From an uncultured virus (IMG/VR IMGVR_UViG_3300042197_003096) (lineage: Duplodnaviria > Heunggongvirae > Uroviricota > Caudoviricetes): a stretch of DNA of 64,000 bases. The notes below the pieces were generated by a model. The model saw only the letters and a program-made list of their open reading frames with translations, searched no databases and was not told where the DNA came from. The position numbers were made by a program, and so were the translations under genes. The stretch lies in IMG/VR virus record IMGVR_UViG_3300042197_003096; one strand, 5' to 3'. This document shows, piece after piece, positions 58,788 to 64,000 of this stretch. How positions within the stretch are numbered: position 1 is the first letter of the stretch; every line of letters begins with the position of its first letter.

Positions 58788-59207
58788 ATGGACAAAATAC
58801 TGTACATCGTGAGAGGATTGCCCGGATCCGGTAAATCAACATTTGCTAAAAAATTGGTGGGTGAAGATTTTCTTGTTTGTGAGGCAGACAAGTATTTTAT
58901 AGATAAGGAAACAGGAGAATATAAATTTGATCCTTTTCAATTAAAAGCAGCGCACAAAGCTTGTCAGGACACAGTGGAAACATACATGAAAGACAGTCTG
59001 ATCAACGACCAGTTTTACCGACAGATAGCTGTCTCAAACACATTCACACAGGAATGGGAAATGAAGCCATATTTTGAATTGGCCGAGAAGTATGGTTACT
59101 CAGTTTTTTGTGTCGTTGTGGAAAACAGGCACCAAGGACAAAACGTGCATGGTGTGCCTTCCGAGAAGATTCTACAAATGAAAGAAAGGTTCGAATTCAG
59201 CCTTTAA
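58788..59207 (+). CDS. AAA_33/PNK-like P-loop kinase
   Basis: 'RGLPGSGKST', 'EAD.YF', 'VSNTF', 'NVHGVP'. Confidence 0.8.
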   Translation: MDKILYIVRGLPGSGKSTFAKKLVGEDFLVCEADKYFIDKETGEYKFDPFQLKAAHKACQDTVETYMKDSLINDQFYRQIAVSNTFTQEWEMKPYFELAEKYGYSVFCVVVENRHQGQNVHGVPSEKILQMKERFEFSL

Positions 59208-59263
59208 TTCCAAGAAACTTCCCTTCGATCCCCTGGTAGAATATATAAAGGAAAAGGAAAGAC

Positions 59264-59992
59264 ATGGGGAAAAGACCAAAGAATTTCGACTCAGTCTGGA
59301 GCTGGTTCGACCATAATGTGGACCTAGAATCTAGAACTATTTACATGGGCAGTATCTCCAGTGACTATGAAAATAATGAATCCGGTGTGGATCATTTGAT
59401 GGCAGAGTATATCATCAAGGGTATTCATCTTTTAGAAGAAAGATCCGAAGAGGAGATACTAATCCTTATGAATAATCCAGGCGGAGATTGGTATCATGGT
59501 TTGGCAATCTATGATGCTGTAAAATATTCATCTTGTCATTGCAGAATAAAGGTGTACGGGCACGCAATGAGTATGGGAAGTTTAATCTTACAAGCAGCTG
59601 ATTCTAGGATTATGATGCCAAACAGTAAATTCATGATCCATTACGGGTATAACGGAACAGTCGGACATTCTAAAACCTTTGAAAGGACTGCTGACGAGGG
59701 TAAGAGAATCAACTACCAGATGGAGAACATTTATCTGGACGAAATAATGGAAAAGGAAGAGGAAGAAGGACACGGACATATCGCCAAGGTTCTTTCTAAA
59801 ATTATGAATAGACTTAGATCTTTCGAATTAAATCCCACCTTAGCTTCCTATAAATTTTCCAAACACCAAGAATCAAAAAAGGAAGAGATTAGAGCAGTTT
59901 TAAAAGAAATGCTTAATTTTGATACATATTTGGATGCACAAGAAACAGTAGATCTGGGATTAGCAGATTTCGTTTTTGGTGAGGAAGAATAA
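59264..59992 (+). CDS. clpP: ClpP family serine protease with a large insertion
   Basis: 'NNPGG', 'AIYD', 'AMSMG' (Ser), 'FMIH' (His), 'FDTYL' (Asp), 'GLAD'. Confidence 0.8.
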   Translation: MGKRPKNFDSVWSWFDHNVDLESRTIYMGSISSDYENNESGVDHLMAEYIIKGIHLLEERSEEEILILMNNPGGDWYHGLAIYDAVKYSSCHCRIKVYGHAMSMGSLILQAADSRIMMPNSKFMIHYGYNGTVGHSKTFERTADEGKRINYQMENIYLDEIMEKEEEEGHGHIAKVLSKIMNRLRSFELNPTLASYKFSKHQESKKEEIRAVLKEMLNFDTYLDAQETVDLGLADFVFGEEE

Positions 59993-60001
59993 ATATAACA
60001 C

Positions 60002-60476
60002 GGGCCATACGGGAATCGATTGGCAACGAAGTTCTTTGACGTGATGCAGGCAGTGTTAGATGGAAACACTTTAATCCCCTATCAAAACAATAACCGGCAA
60101 CTCTTATGTTTCCGCTGAGGGAGACCTCGTACTTGATGGCCTAGCTATCGAGTTTGCTGAACCTGCAATGGCAGCCTAAGCACCGGGCGGCAACTGCCCG
60201 GATTAAACAAAGTTGCAAGCGGCAAGAAAAAAGGTTCGTAGTATTGCCTTTGAACGTTGAGTGGAACCTTGAGATCACATCAATACCCATTAAGATCGGC
60301 ACTATCGATGTTCGGGAAATTTGGATCATATCCGGAGAGTAACCCTGACTGAGCGTTAAGTCTGAAAGAAAAAAGAAACGCACCAAAGTTTGTTGATGTC
60401 AATAAATCAACTAAGCCTGTGAAAGAACGCATTTAGCTTGTTGAGCAAGACGGGGGTTCAACTCCCCCATGGTCCA
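60002..60476 (+). ncRNA. ssrA: tmRNA
   Basis: 5' GGGCCAT pairs with 3' ATGGTCC-A including G3.U; T-arm GGGGG-TTCAACT-CCCCC; tag ORF 60096-60179 ending AMAA*. Confidence 0.9.
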
Positions 60477-60481
60477 CTAAG

Positions 60482-60503
60482 AAAGTCCTTCGGGACTTTT
60501 TTT
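60482..60503 (+). terminator. Intrinsic terminator after the tmRNA
   Basis: aaagtcc-ttcg-ggacttt followed by T-run. Confidence 0.85.
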
Positions 60504-60564
60504 GTGGGATTTGATTTTTTATAATGTAGATTTTTCTTATTTTTGTGTGTGATAAAAAAGAAAG

Positions 60565-60927
60565 ATGGAAGATTTTGAAAAAACTCCAGGAATAACTTAC
60601 GTGGTTCATTTCAAAAAATACACACACGATGTGTATATAGGAAGACCCTCGAAATGGGCTAATCCTTTTACACACAAAAAATTGACCAAGACCCGGGCAG
60701 AATCTCAAGTGGCTTCAAGACAAGAAGCAATCGAGAGGTTCGAGGAACATTTACATTCCTCCGGACTAATAAACGAGATCGAAGAATTAAGAGGCAAAGT
60801 TCTGGGATGCTGGTGTTGTAATAAGCCGTCAGACGGCTCAGAAAAGACTTTCCTTTGTCATGGTCAAGTCATAGCAAAATATCTTAATAGCGGACTTAAA
60901 AACAAACAAAAACAGTTGATATTATGA
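60565..60927 (+). CDS. DUF4326-like protein
   Basis: 'DVYIGRPSKWANPF', 'ELRGKVLGCWC', 'CHG'. Confidence 0.8.
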   Translation: MEDFEKTPGITYVVHFKKYTHDVYIGRPSKWANPFTHKKLTKTRAESQVASRQEAIERFEEHLHSSGLINEIEELRGKVLGCWCCNKPSDGSEKTFLCHGQVIAKYLNSGLKNKQKQLIL

Positions 60928-61316
60928 CATCATCTAACGTCATCGAGTATTCCATCTTTAAAGGAGAGGAAGAGGTAGGGAGACACCGCCAAAACATCAT
61001 GTGTAAAACATGTAACGACGGCCTTGAAAAATTTCATCCCGCCAAGGATTATACCATCCAAGCATGGGGATATGACTGCGAGGGAGAGGTTTGGGAAGGC
61101 GACAAGAGAGAAAACCTAGAAGAATGGTTGGCCAAGCATCCTGCGGAATTCACTCACAAAAGGTTTGAAGAAGGCGAAACAGTCAGGCTAACAAAGAAAA
61201 GGGGAATGGCCACAATTCTTGAATCCAGAAAGGGTAAATTTATGCCAGAGTACAAAGTCCATGTCATCGGAGGGGAAATTCTAGACGGCATACAACAAGG
61301 AGAAATTATACCATAA
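60924..61316 (+). CDS. Hypothetical protein
   Basis: ATGA-coupled ORF. Confidence 0.55.
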   Translation: MTSSNVIEYSIFKGEEEVGRHRQNIMCKTCNDGLEKFHPAKDYTIQAWGYDCEGEVWEGDKRENLEEWLAKHPAEFTHKRFEEGETVRLTKKRGMATILESRKGKFMPEYKVHVIGGEILDGIQQGEIIP

Positions 61317-61317
61317 C

Positions 61318-61530
61318 ATGGACAAGGAAATTAGATTAAAACATTTGAATGAGGAATGGGCAGAAATCTGTAAGCAGATGCAGATTCTTCAAAGAAGGAG
61401 AGTACAGATTTACAAAGAGATCGAAGAGATCACTCCAGGAGAAACGGTTTTAAAAATTGAAAGGTCTCCGAGCATTTATTTTGACTTACAAAACCAAGAT
61501 ATTGACCAATTTAAAGAAGAAAGAATATGA
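61318..61530 (+). CDS. Hypothetical protein
   Basis: Tightly packed small ORF. Confidence 0.55.
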   Translation: MDKEIRLKHLNEEWAEICKQMQILQRRRVQIYKEIEEITPGETVLKIERSPSIYFDLQNQDIDQFKEERI

Positions 61531-61769
61531 GTAGATACGTAATAAATTTAGGAGAAAACAAAGAGTTCGTTTATGGCTGGGACCATGCCCTTGGGTATTT
61601 TTATGAGCTCTGGGACAATAACATTTCAGACAAGGAAGAACTTTGTCTCCTAGCTGAAAGATGTTCTTTATTTGACCGAATGCCCAGTTATGAAATAATA
61701 GAGCAGATGGAAAAGTATGGTGCTAAAAAGGAACACGTTGAATCTGTTGCTTCGGACTTACCCTTCTAA
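61527..61769 (+). CDS. Hypothetical protein
   Basis: ATGA-coupled; 'YGWDHALGYF'; ends DLPF. Confidence 0.55.
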   Translation: MSRYVINLGENKEFVYGWDHALGYFYELWDNNISDKEELCLLAERCSLFDRMPSYEIIEQMEKYGAKKEHVESVASDLPF

Positions 61770-61773
61770 AAAT

Positions 61774-62052
61774 ATGAAGAATAAAATGTATTTAGTTAGG
61801 TATTGCGGAGGCAGTTATGAAGACTATTATAGTTCTGTTATATTTGCTACCGCAAAAAAATCAACAGCAACAAAATATGTTTCGAAATTTAACAGGATCT
61901 TAAAAAAGTGGAAAAAACACTACTCCCAGTTTGAGTGTGACGAAATGGGATTTAAGTGGATAAAAGAGGAACACATCAAACAACACTTTAATAGATGGAA
62001 TAGCCTTCGAGACATAACGAGGTGTTACTACGAGGAGGTAGAAGTTAGATGA
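61774..62052 (+). CDS. Hypothetical protein
   Basis: ATG after upstream stop; coupled to the next ORF. Confidence 0.5.
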   Translation: MKNKMYLVRYCGGSYEDYYSSVIFATAKKSTATKYVSKFNRILKKWKKHYSQFECDEMGFKWIKEEHIKQHFNRWNSLRDITRCYYEEVEVR

Positions 62053-62303
62053 TTATGAAAATAAAAGCAATCTATATTAAGAACTTAAAAATGAGTGAAG
62101 GTAAAATTGCTGCACAGGTTGCACACGCCGTCAAGAATTTAGGAGTAACCCCTATCGATTGTGATATAATTGTATTAGGTGTTTCCACCACTAAATTCAA
62201 CGAATTAATAAAACAACATGATTGTTATGTCCAAAAAGATAAAGGTTTAACAGAGGTAGAAAGCGGAACAGCAACAGCAGCAGCTTGGATAGAAGTTCAG
62301 TAG
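62049..62303 (+). CDS. Compact Pth2-type peptidyl-tRNA hydrolase
   Basis: 'LKMSEGKIAAQVAHA' and 'D.GLTEV..GT.T' Pth2 motifs. Confidence 0.75.
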   Translation: MIMKIKAIYIKNLKMSEGKIAAQVAHAVKNLGVTPIDCDIIVLGVSTTKFNELIKQHDCYVQKDKGLTEVESGTATAAAWIEVQ

Positions 62304-62349
62304 AATCATTTCATGTAAAAAATTTACATCTGACTTTCAATAAAATCCA

Positions 62350-62787
62350 TTACAATTTTTCTACTTCGAAAGAGAATTCTCTTGGCTCGTCTGGATTGAA
62401 CGTGGATTGAGAGTATTCAAAATTTGACACTATCAATTCACAAAATTTATTTAGGATTTCTTCTTCTGTTATTTCTAGGTTTGTCTCTTCCAAAAGCCCT
62501 CTTATATTAAGCTTATACTCACAGAGCATTCCTAAATTGTATAAAAATTCTGAGTATTCATAAGAATCGTCCGAGGGAGTCGGAGGATCTTTAAAAATGG
62601 AGGTTAAAAAATCCCAAAGAATTTCTTCCCAGTCTTCTTCATCCACAGTAAAATATCCCGATTGGTCCCACTCTTGAAAAACGATATTATAAATAAGATC
62701 GGTTCTAGATCCACCTTTTATGTCTAATGTGAAAACTAATTCCCCTTCTTCGTCATCTGTGAAAAAATCTACCTTGTATTCTGTCAT
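62350..62787 (-). CDS. Acidic hypothetical protein
   Basis: 145-aa ORF coupled to the upstream minus-strand gene. Confidence 0.55.
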   Translation of the reverse strand: MTEYKVDFFTDDEEGELVFTLDIKGGSRTDLIYNIVFQEWDQSGYFTVDEEDWEEILWDFLTSIFKDPPTPSDDSYEYSEFLYNLGMLCEYKLNIRGLLEETNLEITEEEILNKFCELIVSNFEYSQSTFNPDEPREFSFEVEKL

Positions 62788-63392
62788 TATTTCTTTATTA
62801 GATACCCAGAAAGAATTGCGACTAACTCCGTAATGTCTTCTTTGATGTCTTCTGTCACTTCTATTCGAGTTTTAACCGTGTGAAATTGTAAAAATCCAAT
62901 TAACTGCCCTGAAATAGTTCTGATCGGTGCTGTAGAAATTTGTAAAATTCCTTCTTGAGTCACTCTTTCTCTTAAATAATCCAAAACCGGATCGTTAGCA
63001 TCCACACTAAAAAAATCATTCTCGCTCAGATGTTTCATTAACGACGGATGCTCTGTTACAAAAACACTTTGATTGTGTTCTTTAACTTTTGAAACCCCCG
63101 AAGCAGTTGTCTCAAACGTCTGTGAGTATTTTTTCATAGGAACGCCATGAAAAAATTTTCCACCGTTATGGAACTGGAAGATCCCTATTCTATCTAGATT
63201 CCATTTCTTTCTGAATTCCTCTAGAAAGTTTTGGATCTCTATCATGTTGTCCACATCCTTTTCTGAAATTCTCTCGTGATCTTCTTCGTCGAAAGCTTTT
63301 TTTCTAGTGTCTAAAAAGTGTTTGAGCCAAACTGAACCTAGTGCCACAGCCAAAGAAAATAAACCGGTAATAATTATTTGTAAAAGCTCCAT
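62787..63392 (-). CDS. N-terminal TM plus GAF-like domain protein (possibly holin-like)
   Basis: Hydrophobic N-terminal helix; 'FQFHNGG.F..G..M.K.S..FE', 'APIR...G.LIGFL'. Confidence 0.45.
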   Translation of the reverse strand: MELLQIIITGLFSLAVALGSVWLKHFLDTRKKAFDEEDHERISEKDVDNMIEIQNFLEEFRKKWNLDRIGIFQFHNGGKFFHGVPMKKYSQTFETTASGVSKVKEHNQSVFVTEHPSLMKHLSENDFFSVDANDPVLDYLRERVTQEGILQISTAPIRTISGQLIGFLQFHTVKTRIEVTEDIKEDITELVAILSGYLIKK

Positions 63393-63418
63393 CTTTGTCT
63401 TAGCCCCCTTTTTTTTAA

Positions 63419-64000
63419 TTAAATTCCGAATCTTCCCATAACTTGAGAACCTTTGATTAGTTTGTCGTCCTTAAGGCTGGGTGGAATAGTTTTAAATTTG
63501 GAAACTAAAGTTGGCTCCTTTTTAAGTTTTCTGATGATGAGGTCCTTGTAAGATTCTGGGCTATAAACTTCTTCTTCTCCGATCGGGGCACCTTCCATTT
63601 TCATCACGTATTTCACTAAGAAATTCATTTTATAAAGATAATCCTCGACAGTCATACAAGATCTTCTAAGGTCCGTGTTCAAACGAGGAAACTCCGAAGA
63701 TTTTGATGGACCGGTAACCACTCTGATAGAACCGTTGTGTTGAATATTGTACTGGGGATATCCAGATTTTGGGCTTCTCATGCTCTCGTGTTTGAAAGCA
63801 ATGTTTCCTAGCCTATCTTTGAAATATCTTTGTTCTTCTGGACCGCTCTTTTCGATACCAATGGGATTTTCTGCAATCATTTCTGACCATCCCATCCCGT
63901 TCATATCTTTGTAAATTTCAGATTCCCTAATGGGCTGAAAACTTAGAACTGGACATTTTTTGGGTCTTCTAACCTCGGTGACACTTCTAAAATTTTTGTA
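63419..64000 (-). CDS. Hypothetical protein, 5' end probably outside the window
   Basis: Frame stays open from 63904 to the window edge. Confidence 0.5.
   Translation of the reverse strand, partial: YKNFRSVTEVRRPKKCPVLSFQPIRESEIYKDMNGMGWSEMIAENPIGIEKSGPEEQRYFKDRLGNIAFKHESMRSPKSGYPQYNIQHNGSIRVVTGPSKSSEFPRLNTDLRRSCMTVEDYLYKMNFLVKYVMKMEGAPIGEEEVYSPESYKDLIIRKLKKEPTLVSKFKTIPPSLKDDKLIKGSQVMGRFGI

Larger units (their letters stand above)
25085..59242 (+). promoter_or_regulatory. Dispersed G(A/G)AAC-N16-18-YAnAA putative middle-promoter motif
   Basis: At 25085 (SSB), 34181 (Hc1-like), 38894 (Pol-N), 47313 (topo B), 53535 (topo A/clamp/Pol-C), 57408, 59214 (ClpP). Confidence 0.55.
49905..60545 (+). 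promoter_or_regulatory. Bacteroidota housekeeping -7 elements (TAnnTTTG)
   Basis: TACATTTG 49905 (uvsE), TACCTTTG 58086 (exonuclease), TATTTTTG 60538 (DUF4326-like). Confidence 0.55.

Noticed and set aside
60440..60476. Stand-alone tRNA
   Set aside because: The T-arm and acceptor belong to the tmRNA; no anticodon arm nearby
60141..60708. ORFs 60141-60386 (-), 60154-60342 (+), 60433-60708 (-)
   Set aside because: They overlap the tmRNA and its terminator and are spurious
1..64000. Stop-codon reassignment (TAG/TGA recoding)
   Set aside because: Very long ORFs and conserved enzymes are intact under the standard bacterial code; TAG and TGA end genes at plausible positions
1..64000. Complete DGR, retron, integrase or transposon
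   Set aside because: No reverse transcriptase, integrase or transposase motif recognised in this window

Overview
A 64-kb, gene-dense, almost entirely + strand segment of a large lytic dsDNA (jumbo-type, T4-like gene content) bacteriophage, probably infecting Bacteroidota. Host evidence: an Hc1-like 'histone H1' ORF, a DUF4494-like ORF, TAnnTTTG promoters, A-rich SD-less leaders and a Bacteroidota-style tmRNA resume context. 1-24.4 kb holds very large putative virion/tail proteins, a tail fibre with an S74 chaperone, and phoH. 24.4-29.4 kb holds a RuvC-like resolvase, gp32 SSB, primase, UvsY and UvsW. 29.4-58 kb interleaves replication, nucleotide and repair genes with small genes sharing a GATATATA upstream motif and a T4 capsid-targeting-sequence-like N-terminus. 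The enzymes there include a family B DNA polymerase split into two genes 15 kb apart, a clamp, two topo II subunits, NrdAB, dUTPase, Adk, UvsE, an MBD4-like glycosylase, DnaJ and Hsp20. 59.2-62.3 kb holds a ClpP + tmRNA + Pth2 cluster. Main leads: (1) a putative head-packaged, injected cargo set marked by promoter plus N-terminal tag; (2) a phage-encoded ribosome-rescue/proteolysis module with an unusually long tmRNA tag; (3) tandem 60-bp-repeat LRR-like genes with hypervariable, adenine-biased codons; (4) the distantly split polymerase. All family assignments come from motif recognition by eye; no searches were run.
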